Source of the DNA: an uncultured Acidobacteriota bacterium
Lineage (GTDB): Bacteria > Acidobacteriota > Terriglobia > Terriglobales > Acidobacteriaceae
Direction: 5' to 3'
DNA: 64,000 nt
NCBI GenBank assembly: GCA_963844515.1
Contig: CAWJOO010000012.1
Span: forward strand, 16,420-80,419
The notes beneath the pieces were generated by a model. That model saw only the letters and a program-made list of their open reading frames with translations, was not told the DNA's origin and did not search any database. The position numbers were made by a program, and so were the translations under genes. This document shows positions 20,763 through 31,477 of the stretch, piece after piece. Each line of letters starts with the position of its first letter. The stretch's first letter is position 1.

Positions 20763-21815
20763 CTACTGAATCGTCGCGTCGGGATTGGCGGATCCATTCG
20801 CGGTCCGATGCGGACGACCCGCGAACTCCTTCTCGATCTTCTCGTTCGTTCCCGCCTTGGCAAATTCGTAAGCCACGCGAATACCGTTGTAGATGGCGTT
20901 GTCATTCGACGATCCATGGCCAATGATGCAAACGCCACGCACGCCCAGCAGGGGCGCGCCGCCATACTCGGTATAGTCCAGCGCCCGGCGGAATTCGTTG
21001 AACGCTTGCCGTGACAGCAGCGCACCCACCTTGGCTGTAACCGTGCGGGTCAGCGATTCACGCAGCACATCGCGCACAAATCGGCCGATGCCTTCGCTGG
21101 TTTTGAGTGCTACATTTCCAACGAATCCGTCGCACACAATCACATCGGCGTGGCCATTGAAAATGTCGCGGCCTTCCACATTACCGATGAAGTTGACGGG
21201 AAGCGCCTTGAGCAGCGGAAGCGCCTCACGGGTCAGGTCGTTGCCCTTGGTCTCTTCTTCCCCGATGGAGAGCAGACCCACGCGCGGCTTGTGGATCTTG
21301 AGCACGCTGCGCGCATACATCTCGCCCATCACCGCGAACTGCTCCAGGTTGTGGGCCTTGCAGTCTACGTTGGCGCCCACGTCCAGAAGCACGCAGGGTT
21401 TGCCGGGGATGGACGTTGGCATGGGCGTCGCCAGGGCCGGGCGATCGACGCCGGGCAGCGCGCCCAGCACCATCTTGGCCGTGGCCATGGCCGCGCCGGT
21501 GTTGCCGGCGGTGACAAAGCCCGCGCACTTGTGCTCGCGAACCAGCTTGAGTCCCACGCGCATCGAACTGTCCTTCTTGGTTCGGACAGCATGCGCCGCC
21601 TTCTCATCCATCCCGATCCGCTCAGACGCATGATGGACTACGATGGGCAGGTCTTCGTTTTCAAGGTGTTCGTCCAGAAGATCGCGCAACTCGGCTTCCG
21701 GCCCAATCAGATGGACCCGTACCGGAAGGGCGCGGCAGGCAAGGATGGCGCCCCGGATCTCAGGCTCGGGTGCCTTGTCGCTGCCGAATGCATCCAGCGC
21801 AATGTCGATGAGCAT
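20763..21815 (-). CDS. plsX: Phosphate acyltransferase PlsX
   Basis: IALDAFGSDKAP, TAGNTGA, LDVGANVD, DGFVGNVALKTSEG, YGGAPLLG; downstream of rpmF. Confidence 0.97.
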   Translation of the reverse strand: MLIDIALDAFGSDKAPEPEIRGAILACRALPVRVHLIGPEAELRDLLDEHLENEDLPIVVHHASERIGMDEKAAHAVRTKKDSSMRVGLKLVREHKCAGFVTAGNTGAAMATAKMVLGALPGVDRPALATPMPTSIPGKPCVLLDVGANVDCKAHNLEQFAVMGEMYARSVLKIHKPRVGLLSIGEEETKGNDLTREALPLLKALPVNFIGNVEGRDIFNGHADVIVCDGFVGNVALKTSEGIGRFVRDVLRESLTRTVTAKVGALLSRQAFNEFRRALDYTEYGGAPLLGVRGVCIIGHGSSNDNAIYNGIRVAYEFAKAGTNEKIEKEFAGRPHRTANGSANPDATIQ

Positions 21816-21835
21816 GTGCTGCGCTCTCTCGGGGA

Positions 21836-22021
21836 CTACTTGGCTTCCTTCACTTCGAGAACCGCGCGGCCCTTGTACTCGCCGCACTTGGCGCAGGCGC
21901 GATGAGGGAGCTTCTTCTCGTGGCAATTCGGGCACTCGGATACCCCGGTGGCCGTCAGAAAGTCATGGGAACGGCGGAGTGCAGTGCGGCGCGTCGAGTG
22001 GCGCCGTTTCGGATTAGGCAT
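21836..22021 (-). CDS. rpmF: 50S ribosomal protein L32
   Basis: MPNPKRRHS..CPNC..PHRACAKCGEYKGR. Confidence 0.98.
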   Translation of the reverse strand: MPNPKRRHSTRRTALRRSHDFLTATGVSECPNCHEKKLPHRACAKCGEYKGRAVLEVKEAK

Positions 22022-22138
22022 GGTGCAATTCCTTTCGGTGTCTTCGCTCGGCCCGCAGCCTGAATCGCATCCGGCCCAGTCATCCGGCGCAAGCGTACAC
22101 CCTTGAGTCTTTAGGGATCAATTCTTGATCCGGGGTCT

Positions 22139-22691
22139 TCAGGACTTGATCCGGCCGCGGAGTCCGGCCAGCGCTTCCCAGCGGGGGTCGCTCGGACCCT
22201 CATCGCAGGAGCACGCCTGGCTGTTGCGGTTCTCACCGCAGCGCGGGCAAAGTCCCTTGCAGTCAGGCTTGCACAGGGTCCTGACCGGCAGAGACAAAAG
22301 CACCTGCTCCCGCAGCACATCTTCAAGCAACAGACTGTCTTTTTGATAATACCCGATTTCGGTTTCCGGCGCTGTAATCGAGCGTTCCGGCGCGTCTTTG
22401 TCGGCCCCCACCGGCCGGAAGAGCAGGTCGAAGTCGCCCTCCAGGTGCATCGATACCGGCTCCACACAGCGGGCACAGGGAATCTCGAAACTTCCCTCGA
22501 AGCTTCCCTTCAGCCGGATGTCGGCAACAATCTCCTTGGGGCCGCGGTGCTCGTGCAGCACCTCCGCCCGCCCCTCGCTGGCCAGTGAGCCCGTCTGCTC
22601 GAGCCTCGTCGCCAAAATCGATCGCTCCAGGCTGGAACTGGAGATCGAAATCGATCGGGTCCCGCTCCAGTTCACTAACTTTGAATTCCAT
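22139..22691 (-). CDS. yceD: YceD/DUF177 family protein (apparent frameshift near 22600)
   Basis: MEFKVSELER N-terminus in one frame; CARC...LCKPDCKGLCPRCG..DPRWEAL in the other; canonical yceD-rpmF-plsX order. Confidence 0.88.
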
Positions 22692-22808
22692 AGTGTGAGC
22701 CTAAGTCCGCCGGGTCCGCCCGTCAATTCAGCTCCCTGAACCGCCCTGCATCTGCCTGCGAAGCAACTTCGCCAACCGCTGCCGCCGTCTTAGCGAAGCG
22801 GAGGCTGC

Positions 22809-24341
22809 ATGATGCGTTTCAACGGTTGTCTTCCGCTGGCGTTGGCCGGCATCGGAATCCTGGGTTCCGCTGCTGGCGCACAAAACATTACCTTCAACCA
22901 GGCCGATCGCCTGATTCCCTACTACCCCTACAACATGATGAAAGCTGACCTGAACAAGGACGGTTACCCCGACCTGATGTTCAGCCTTCCCTCGTCGCTG
23001 AATCTCTATACCCTCATGTCCAACGGCAGCGGCCAGTACGTGGACTGGACCATCCCCACGTCCTACTGCCCGTCCATCCCGCTCGCCGCCGCTGACTTCC
23101 AGCGAAACGGGAACCAGAACATCCTCGTCGGCTACCCCAGCGCCTCCATCGGGCCCTGCGGAGGGACCACGTCCCAGGGGTTTACCTTCGCGGAATACGC
23201 CAACAACGGTCACGGCATCTTCAACAAGCAGGCGACCCTCACCGGCGAGGCCGTATCCGCCGTGGTGGCCGATTTTAACGGAGACGGAAAGCTGGACATC
23301 GTCGCTTTCACCCGCGACGCCACCACCGGAAACTTCTTCTTCGACCTGTACTACGGCAACGGGTACGGCGGCTTCTCGACTCCTTACCCCATCGAGCAAC
23401 TCCCCGCCGCGGCCGCTCCGACCGGCCTGGGATACAACATGGTCGCCGGCGATTTCGACGGCAACGGTTGCCCCGATGTGGCATGGGTCGAAGAGTCGGG
23501 CGGCGCGGCGAATCGCCAGCCCCTTTCCACCCTTCTGAAGATCGCGTACGGCGACTGCAAGGGCGGCTTCGCACTCACCACCCAGTACACCGGGAGCGTC
23601 TACCTGAACAACCTGCATGTTTCGGACCTGAACCGCGACAGCGTCAGCGATCTGATCACCACATACAACCCGGATGGCGTCGCCGGAGGGGGCATCCAGA
23701 TCTTCTACGGCCAGAAGAATCGCACTCTGACCTCGAAAACGATCGTCGACAACGAGGCAGCGGATCCGCTGGAAGTTGCCGACCTCAACGGCGACGGCTA
23801 CCCCGATATCGCCTACTTCGATTACGTAAACGGCGCTTCGGTACCGCCCACCTCGTCGACCATCGTGATCCGCCAGGGTGATGCCGGCCAGGCCTTCGCC
23901 ACCGAAAGCACCTACCCGTTCGGCCAGAACAGCGTCAACCAGATGCTCGCCGGCGACTTCAACCGCGATGGCAAGGTCGACCTCGCCGTTCTGTACAGCG
24001 GCCCCACCGTCCCCTCCAACGAGAAAGGCTTCTCGTTCCTCTACAACACCTCTCCCTATCCCAACGGCGCATGCGTTGTGCCAGCCGTTGCCGGCGTCAA
24101 CATTTGCAGCCCCGGCGCTACGTCCGGAACCACGGTGAATGTGCTGGCGGCCGGTATGGCCGACAATCCGGCTGTCTACATGCAGCTATGGATAGACGGG
24201 AAGCCGGTGACAGGCTACGGCAGCACCGACACACTGCGCACCACCGTGACGCTGCCCCCTGGCCAGCACAACTTAGGCGTCCTGGCCATCGACGCATCCG
24301 GCTACCAGGTAGGCAACTCCAAGGTCGTAACCGTGCAATGA
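22809..24341 (+). CDS. Secreted FG-GAP/VCBS-repeat beta-propeller protein with C-terminal Ig-like domain
   Basis: Signal peptide; repeated ADLNKDGYPD, ADFNGDGKLD, GDFDGNGCPD, ADLNGDGYPD, GDFNRDGKVD. Confidence 0.9.
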   Translation: MMRFNGCLPLALAGIGILGSAAGAQNITFNQADRLIPYYPYNMMKADLNKDGYPDLMFSLPSSLNLYTLMSNGSGQYVDWTIPTSYCPSIPLAAADFQRNGNQNILVGYPSASIGPCGGTTSQGFTFAEYANNGHGIFNKQATLTGEAVSAVVADFNGDGKLDIVAFTRDATTGNFFFDLYYGNGYGGFSTPYPIEQLPAAAAPTGLGYNMVAGDFDGNGCPDVAWVEESGGAANRQPLSTLLKIAYGDCKGGFALTTQYTGSVYLNNLHVSDLNRDSVSDLITTYNPDGVAGGGIQIFYGQKNRTLTSKTIVDNEAADPLEVADLNGDGYPDIAYFDYVNGASVPPTSSTIVIRQGDAGQAFATESTYPFGQNSVNQMLAGDFNRDGKVDLAVLYSGPTVPSNEKGFSFLYNTSPYPNGACVVPAVAGVNICSPGATSGTTVNVLAAGMADNPAVYMQLWIDGKPVTGYGSTDTLRTTVTLPPGQHNLGVLAIDASGYQVGNSKVVTVQ

Positions 24342-24535
24342 CGAAATGAGGGCCCGTCTGCCCGACTCCAGTTTGGAAATCGGGTAGATCGGGCCCGTTC
24401 ACAAGCAGAGTAAGAGTAGACACTCTGTTCATCAACTTGCTCCTCGATGGGACGAAATCTATAGGACACCGTTGTTGAAGGTCCCAGTTGTGGGGTTGAC
24501 AGTTTGAAAGGACCCGACGAGGGGCGTCCTACTCC

Positions 24536-25084
24536 CTATTGCCTATTCCCCCTGTCGCGATCCGCGGCCGCCAGCGCTCGCGTCAACGCAATCTGCTGCC
24601 CGTGGCGCTTGGGATGGAGCGCAATCATCAGGAACATCTCATAGCAGTTGACCGGCCCGCGCACCATGGGGTGGGTTGTCAGCCAGCTTCGCGGATCGCC
24701 TTCAAACTCTTCGACGAACTTGACCGTTTCGGCGCGGACGGCTTCAAAGGCCGCAAATGCCTCGCCCGCTGATTTGAACTTGCCGGCGGGGATCACGATC
24801 TCCGGGGCAGCAATGATCCTCGCTCGATCGAGGGCACGGTCCAGGATCTTCGCCTCGCGAACCGGGTTGTGCTGGCGTTCTGCGACAGGCACCGCAATCT
24901 GCACGCCCCTCAGAAGTTCCTGTTCCGTGACCGCCAGGTGCTCCAGGCAATCCAGAACCGACCACCCGCCGGCGACCGGGCGTTGCGAGGCATCTGCCTC
25001 CGTGACCCCGTCTATCGCCCCGCGCAGGTCGCCGAAACCCTGGTCCAGTATGCGCAATATCTCTTTCCGCTCCACTTCGTCCAA
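24536..25084 (-). CDS. DinB family protein
   Basis: GGWSVLDCLEHLAVTE, THPMVRG and ALHPKRHGQQI His pattern; TTG start with AAGGAG RBS. Confidence 0.85.
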   Translation of the reverse strand: MDEVERKEILRILDQGFGDLRGAIDGVTEADASQRPVAGGWSVLDCLEHLAVTEQELLRGVQIAVPVAERQHNPVREAKILDRALDRARIIAAPEIVIPAGKFKSAGEAFAAFEAVRAETVKFVEEFEGDPRSWLTTHPMVRGPVNCYEMFLMIALHPKRHGQQIALTRALAAADRDRGNRQ

Positions 25085-25113
25085 GCGATACTCCTTTAAA
25101 TAACTGATTTTGC

Positions 25114-25142
25114 TTGACTTATACCGATGAATTTGATATACT
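25114..25142 (+). promoter_or_regulatory. Near-consensus sigma70 promoter
   Basis: TTGACT (25114-25119), 17-nt spacer, TATACT (25137-25142), preceded by TGn. Confidence 0.75.
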
Positions 25143-25198
25143 ACTAAAGTGCCTGCGGCCTCCGAACCTCACTATGCGCCGCAAGCGAGGAGACCATC

Positions 25199-25630
25199 AT
25201 GGAAAAAAGCACCACGCCAATCGAGCGCTTCTTTGAGACTTACGCCTTCCACACCGACAAGGGAAATGTACCCGAACTCATCGCAAGTTTCGCGGATGTC
25301 TTTCTGGCGGCCGGCCCGCAAGGCACTCAACCGGTACGGGCCTGCGACTTCGCACTCGCTCTTCCCAGGCGTTACAAGCTGTTTGAGAGCCTGGGCTGCC
25401 GACGGACCGAACTGATTAGCCTGCACGAAACCCGTCTCGACGAGCGGCATGTCTCAGCCCGCACAGAGTGGCGCCTCACCTTCGAAAAGCCTGGAGCCGA
25501 GCCGCAACAAATCGTGGTCGAATCGACATTCCTGATCGACGCTGGGGCAGAACCGTTTCGGATTCTTGTCTACCTGGCTCACTCCGACATCATGGAGATC
25601 CTGAAGCAACGCGGAATCGTCCCTGCCTAG
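25199..25630 (+). CDS. SnoaL/NTF2-like small protein
   Basis: GAGGAG RBS; IERFFETY..LIASFADVFLAAGP and beta-strand pattern typical of NTF2-like folds (inference). Confidence 0.65.
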   Translation: MEKSTTPIERFFETYAFHTDKGNVPELIASFADVFLAAGPQGTQPVRACDFALALPRRYKLFESLGCRRTELISLHETRLDERHVSARTEWRLTFEKPGAEPQQIVVESTFLIDAGAEPFRILVYLAHSDIMEILKQRGIVPA

Positions 25631-28438
25631 CGGTTGCTCCTGGACTCCGCCAGCACGGGAGCGGAAACCGGCGCGTGCAGGTAGTGGTCGGCGAATTCGA
25701 GGAATGCGGGCCAGTTTGGCGCGGGCGTGTGACCGAATGGATGCTGACGAAACGCCAGATCGCCGCCGGCGACAACGGTTTCGACTGGTGGAAATTCAGC
25801 TGTGCCCAGGTCCTTTGCGCCCAGCAGGCGATAGAGGGGGCCGGCAGCCACTTCAGCCAGGAACATTCCGCGCGGATCGGCCCAAGCGTCGCCACCAGTG
25901 TTGGCATAACCATCACCGCTGCTGGAGCCGCCTCCGATAAAAACCGGCCGCGGCGCCGACAGCGCAATCAACTCGTGGTTATCGACAGGCAGATCCTTGG
26001 CCGTGAGAGGTCCACCATAGCGAAGGAAGTTGCCGTCGAACCAGTGATACAAGGAGGATGAAGCGAGGTTTGTCATCTGCTCGCCGAATATGTGGCGATA
26101 GAGCTTTGCGCCGCCCTCTCCGGACGAGCTTGAATAGCAGATGGCGAAGCGTGGATCGAAGGCCATGGCGACTAGCGCAGTTTTTCCGAAGCGCGAATGC
26201 CCCTCGATGCCTACCTGACGGGCGTCGATCGCTGGATCAGTTTCCATGTAGTCGAGAACTCGACTCGCTCCCCAGGCCCAGGCGCGGAGTGTTCCCCAGT
26301 CATCCAGCCCGCGTGGCTGGCCCTTGTTCATCAAGCCGATGATGCCTTCGGTGAGCCCGGCCCCATCGTCCGCTTGAAAGCTGACGGGATTCATCACCGC
26401 AAATCCCCAGCCGCGGGCGAGAACCGGTCGGCCGTCAACTCCCCATTCTTCGGCGGTTCCAGGCGGAAGAGGCTCGGCTAGCGGCCGATCGAGGGCGCGC
26501 TGGAAATCCTTTTTGAAGGCTAGTTCGAGGATTACGGGGACGGGACCAGGGGCGTGGGCGGGGACGGTGAGCAGGATGTCGATGGTTACGGATATCCGTG
26601 GGTCGGCGGAGTTATCGACGTGGCCGAGGAGCCGCTTGGTCACTGCGTCGACGCCGCCGTATTTTTCGGGCGTGCTGCTCACCACTTGCCATTGAACGGC
26701 GGGAAGATTGGCCGGAGCGCGTCCCAGGATTTCGCGTTCAAAGTCAGTAACAATCTCCGGACGGCGCTGCGACCACCATTCGTCTTCGCTGGTGATGCGT
26801 TTGCCGTTCTTCATCGTCAGCGGATCAGGGAGGTCCGGATAGACGTTGGCCTTCGATTCGTCGTAGTTGGTTGCGTTGGTCGCTTTCGCATCCGTTGCAG
26901 GCGGCCGGCGCATCTGCGCATCCTTGATGCCCAGCAGGCCAAGCAATCGCGCGCGGTCGTCGGCAGCGGAGAGGTGCACCGCGCTACTTGCTGCGCTTTG
27001 AGCGGAGGTCTGAGAGGCCGCATGCAAATAGCGGCTCGCGAACTTCAGAAACGTAGGCCAGTTCGGGCCTGGCGTGTGTCCGCCAGTATGTTGGCGATAG
27101 CCAATGTCTCCGTCGATGAGCGTAGTCTCGATGGGCGGGAATTCGGTCGTTCCCATGTCCTTTTTGCCAAGCAATCGGTACACGGGTCCGGCCGCCTGCG
27201 GCCGCCAGGAACATTCCCTTCGGATCGGCCCAGCCGTCGCCTTCGAAGTTGCCGCCTGAAATGAACACGGGCCGCGGGGCGACCAGGGCGATCAGTTCGT
27301 GCTGATCGATGGGCAGATCGCCGGTAGTGAGCGGGCCTGCGTACTTGAGAAAGTTGCCATCGACCCAATGAAACGCCGCGGCGCCGGCCTGGTTTTCCAC
27401 CTGCTCGCCGAAGATGTGGCGGGAAAGCTTGGCGCCGCTTTGACCTGAGGAGCTGATGTAGCCGATTGCCCAGCGCGGATCATACGCCATGGCCACGAGC
27501 GAAGCCTTGCCGTAGCGCGAGTGGCCCGCAATCGCCACCTGCTTCGCGTCAACAGCCTTGTCCGTTTCAAAGTAATCAAGGCAGCGGCCCGCGCCCCAGG
27601 CCCACGCCTTCAGAACGCTCCAGTCATCAAGCTTGCGCGGCTTGCCTTTGTTGACGAGCCCGATGATGCCCTTGGTCATCTCACCGCCGCTGTCGGGCTG
27701 CGCGCTTACCGGAACGTATTCGGCGTAGCCCCAACCCAACGCAAGAACCTGCTGCTGCCACGTTGGGCCTTTTTCGCTGGCGGCGAACTGGGGGAATCGT
27801 TTCTTCAGCATCTCCAGAATTTCCTTGCTGAAGCCGAGTTGCATGACGACTGGCACAGGCCCTTTGGCATTGGCGGGTGTGCTTAGTTCCAGCTCAAGAT
27901 CCACCTTGATGTCGGGGTCGGCCGAATTGTCGGTGTGGCCGACAAGCTTCTTGGTGATAATTGCGACGTCGCCATTCTTGTCGGGTGTAGTTCTCACCAA
28001 TTCCCACTTCACCTTGGGCAGATTTGCCGGCGTGCGACCATACATTTCACGATCGAAAAGCTCGACGATTTCAGGCCGGCGTTTGCTCCACCATTGACTT
28101 GCGGTGGTCACCGGCGTGCCGTCGTTCATCACCAGCGGATCGGGAAGGGTCTTGTAGATGTTGGCCTTGGATTCGTCGTAATTGACGGGATGCGGCGAGT
28201 CTTGTGTGTTGTCAACGGGAGGCCGAAGTTCCTTGATGCCGAGTTCGTCCATCACGCGCTGGTGCTCTTTTTCTGAAGCCGCCTGGATGGCCAGCATCTC
28301 CGGCGTTGGCTGAAACGCGGGCGGCTTGGATGCGGGCGCCGCGGCAGGTTTTTGCGCGAAAATTGGCGCTCCACTCAGGACGAGGAGCAAAGGGAGGAGA
28401 GATGCGCGGCACGAAACAGGGAACGTCGAAAAGGGCAT
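25627..28438 (-). CDS. Secreted protein with two tandem CE15 (glucuronoyl esterase-like) domains; apparent frameshift near 27190
   Basis: Two homologous halves: NYDESKAN.Y..LPDPL, RRPEIV, AWAWGA.R.LDY.ETD, GHSR(Y/F)GK, HELIAL.APRPVFI, GHTP.PNWP.FL. Confidence 0.88.
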
Positions 28439-28985
28439 GTTTGGCTCTCTTTGTCACCGGCTCGATTGAGAGGCGCGGGGCGGGCCAAGAATATCGATCT
28501 ACCTGGGTACTGGCAAGTGAGCCTCTCAATTTGGCGGAAGGTTACGAGCGAACCGGCGTGCATGACTCTCGCGACGGCGGATCCGATGATTTCTCAAAAT
28601 CATCAGATTGTCCTGAAAGCGATGATCGAACATCAACCGTGGCACGAGTGTGAAAGTAGTTCAAGGCAAAGCCTGTGCATCTGAAGATTGAAACGAACAT
28701 GCTTTTCCGCCAACGCCTATCCAAGCGTACAAAGGGAAGGCGCGGCCAGGCGGGTGTTTGAGAAGAAAACGACAATGCCGCCGAAGCTCAACGCGCAAGT
28801 TCGCCTCGTGAAACGAGATGCGCTAATCAGCGCGACACATGGGCGCCAGCAGTCGGCATGCATCTCTCGTGCAGCTTTGATACTTCGTTGCGGGGGGCTA
28901 TGGTAGCCTCCGGATGTGGACCTAACGGGTCCCCGGCCGGGTGCGCCGCGGGCAGGGCTGATCGCTCGTTACGGGGGAGATTTGC

Positions 28986-30389
28986 ATGAGCGCTGTCAGG
29001 TACGACCTAACCGTCATAGGCTCCGGGCCTTCCGGACAGCGCGCCGCTGTGGCCGCCTCCAAGATGAAGAAGCGAGTCGCCGTGGTTGAATCTCGCGCGG
29101 TGGTGGGCGGCGTCTGCATCAATACCGGCACCATCCCTTCAAAAACGATGCGCGAGGCGGTTCTGCATCTTTCCGGGTACAACTACCGCAATGTGTACGG
29201 CATTAATTACCGCGTGAAGGAAAAGATCACCATGGCCGACCTGGCGTTCCGGGTGCAGGCTGTGATCAAAACTGAAGTTGATGTGACCGAGGCGCAACTC
29301 TCGCGCAACGGCATCGACATCGTGCACGGAGTGGCCCACTTCGTTGACCCGACCCATGTGCTCGTGGAAGGCCCCGGCGGCGACAACACGCTCGAGTCCG
29401 AAAAGGTCATCATCGCTGTGGGAACGCGGCCTTCGGCTTCTCCCAAAGTGCCCATCAACGGGCGCACGATTATCAACAGCGACCAGGTTCTCGATCTGCA
29501 AACCTTGCCTCGCACGCTGATCGTGGTCGGAGGAGGCGTGATCGGCGTTGAATACGCCTGCATGTTCGCGATCCTCGGCGTACGCGTAACGATTATTGAA
29601 AAGCGTAACAAGCTTCTAGAGTTCGCCGATCAGGAAATTGTGGAAGCGCTCAGCTACCACCTCCGCGACAGCCGTGTCACCTTACGCCTGGGCGAAGAGG
29701 TGCAGAGCGTGGAAGAGCTGCCCGACGGCACCGTGGTTGCGAACCTCGAAAGCAAGAAGCGCATCTCCGGCGATGCCCTGCTCTATGCGGTGGGCCGTCA
29801 GGGTGCGGTGGACGATTTGAACCTGGCCGGAGCCGGGATCGAAGCCGACCCGCGCGGACGCATTCCTGTGGATGAACACTTCTGCACCAAGGTTCCTAAT
29901 ATCTTCGCCGTAGGCGACGTGGTGGGATTCCCGGCTCTCGCATCTGTGTCGATGGAGCAGGGCCGCATCGCCGCTCATCGCGCGTTTGGCGATACGACGA
30001 CGACCTCGAATCCCAGCGTTTATCCATACGGCATTTACACCATTCCAGAGATCAGCTTTATCGGAAAGACCGAGGAACAGCTGACCGACGAGGACGTGCC
30101 CTACGAAGTGGGCATGGCCTACTATCGCGAGACTGCCCGCGGACAGATTCGCGGCGACACCACGGGCCGTCTCAAGCTGATCTTCCATCGTGATACGCGC
30201 AAGATTCTGGGCGTCCATATCATCGGCGAGGGCGCGAGCGAACTGGTGCACATCGGACAGGCCGTTATGACGCTCGATGGCAACATGGACTACTTCATTC
30301 AGACCGTCTTCAACTATCCAACCCTGGCGGAGTGCTACAAGGCTGCGGCCTTCAACGGCCTCGGCCGGTTGTCGCGTTATCAGCTCTGA
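28986..30389 (+). CDS. sthA: Soluble (Si-specific) NAD(P)+ transhydrogenase
   Basis: IGSGPSG, GGVCINTGTIPSKTMREAV (single Cys), YGIYTIPEIS, FNYPTLAECYK.AA. Confidence 0.95.
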   Translation: MSAVRYDLTVIGSGPSGQRAAVAASKMKKRVAVVESRAVVGGVCINTGTIPSKTMREAVLHLSGYNYRNVYGINYRVKEKITMADLAFRVQAVIKTEVDVTEAQLSRNGIDIVHGVAHFVDPTHVLVEGPGGDNTLESEKVIIAVGTRPSASPKVPINGRTIINSDQVLDLQTLPRTLIVVGGGVIGVEYACMFAILGVRVTIIEKRNKLLEFADQEIVEALSYHLRDSRVTLRLGEEVQSVEELPDGTVVANLESKKRISGDALLYAVGRQGAVDDLNLAGAGIEADPRGRIPVDEHFCTKVPNIFAVGDVVGFPALASVSMEQGRIAAHRAFGDTTTTSNPSVYPYGIYTIPEISFIGKTEEQLTDEDVPYEVGMAYYRETARGQIRGDTTGRLKLIFHRDTRKILGVHIIGEGASELVHIGQAVMTLDGNMDYFIQTVFNYPTLAECYKAAAFNGLGRLSRYQL

Positions 30390-30455
30390 GCGAACTGGAA
30401 TAGGCGACTGGGAAAGTCGAGCTGGTACGCAATTCAAGGGGCAAGGGGGAACATA

Positions 30456-31355
30456 ATGACAATCGCGATCGGCGTGGTAATGACCGAGCACATCGTGGCC
30501 GGACGATTGGAGGACCACCAGCCGGTTGGAACGTCAGTTCGCTTTCCCGCCGACCCGAATGAAGTGGATGCTCTGGGCTCGATCCCTGGCCGCGAAATCG
30601 TCGACATTCTTGCATCGCAGATTTTGGAGCTGGCTGCCCAGAGCGAAAAACCCGTTGAGGCCATCGGCGTGGCTGTGCCGGGCGTGATTCGGCATGGGGT
30701 AGTAGAAGACAGCCCGAACCTGACGCAGCTCAAGGGCATGAACATGGGCAAGGAACTGGCGCAGGTATTGACCGATCGCGGCATTGCCGCGCCCGTGCAC
30801 ATTGCCAATGATGCGGACGCGATAGCCGCCGGGGTGGCTGCGACACGCGGCCAGCTGAATCGCCTCACGCGCGTGTGGACCATCGGCAATGGCATTGGAT
30901 ACGGCCGCTGGCCATACGTTGAAGGTGTGTGGGAGGGTGGCCACATCACCGTCACTCTCGACCCCAAAGAGCGCTTTTGCGGATGCGGCGGCGTTGGCCA
31001 CCTTGAAGGCATCATGGGCTATCGCGCCATGCGGCTACGCTTCCTCGACAAGGAACCGGAAGAAGTATTCGCAGCCGCCAAAAAAGGGGACGAGCGCTGC
31101 CGCGATTTCGTAGACATGTGGCATCGAGCCCTCGCCGCTGCGACAGCGTCGTTCATCCATCTTGCGGGACCGGGACGGTTCTACTTCACGGGCCACAATG
31201 TGGGCTTTCTGCAGGTTGATTTGCTGCGTTCGCACATCGAAACCATGGTCAAGCTGAGCCCGCTGATCAGCTTTTCGCTTGAAGTGCTCCCTCCCAACGA
31301 TGAAACCGCCTTGATTGGAGCCGGTGTTAGCGCCTTACGCGCCTTGACCTGGTAA
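30456..31355 (+). CDS. ROK family protein (atypical)
   Basis: IGVAVPG, IANDADA, IGNGIG, EGGHIT and CGCGGVGHLE. Confidence 0.88.
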   Translation: MTIAIGVVMTEHIVAGRLEDHQPVGTSVRFPADPNEVDALGSIPGREIVDILASQILELAAQSEKPVEAIGVAVPGVIRHGVVEDSPNLTQLKGMNMGKELAQVLTDRGIAAPVHIANDADAIAAGVAATRGQLNRLTRVWTIGNGIGYGRWPYVEGVWEGGHITVTLDPKERFCGCGGVGHLEGIMGYRAMRLRFLDKEPEEVFAAAKKGDERCRDFVDMWHRALAAATASFIHLAGPGRFYFTGHNVGFLQVDLLRSHIETMVKLSPLISFSLEVLPPNDETALIGAGVSALRALTW

Positions 31356-31411
31356 GACCAGTAGACTGCCGCCACGATTGACAAGCCGGTTCGATGATCC
31401 GGCCCGAAAAT

Positions 31412-31445
31412 GAGAAACCGATCCCAGACTCGGGATCGGTTTCTC
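31412..31445. terminator. Hairpin between convergent genes, probable bidirectional terminator
   Basis: Perfect 14-bp stem GAGAAACCGATCCC / GGGATCGGTTTCTC with 6-nt loop. Confidence 0.75.
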
Positions 31446-31477
31446 TGCTTCTATATGAGTGCTCTATTTACAACGCT

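Noticed and set aside
22111-22152. GGGATCAATTCTTGATCC small palindrome after the yceD stop
   Set aside because: Short and without clear tandem periodicity; cannot be assigned to the heptamer family
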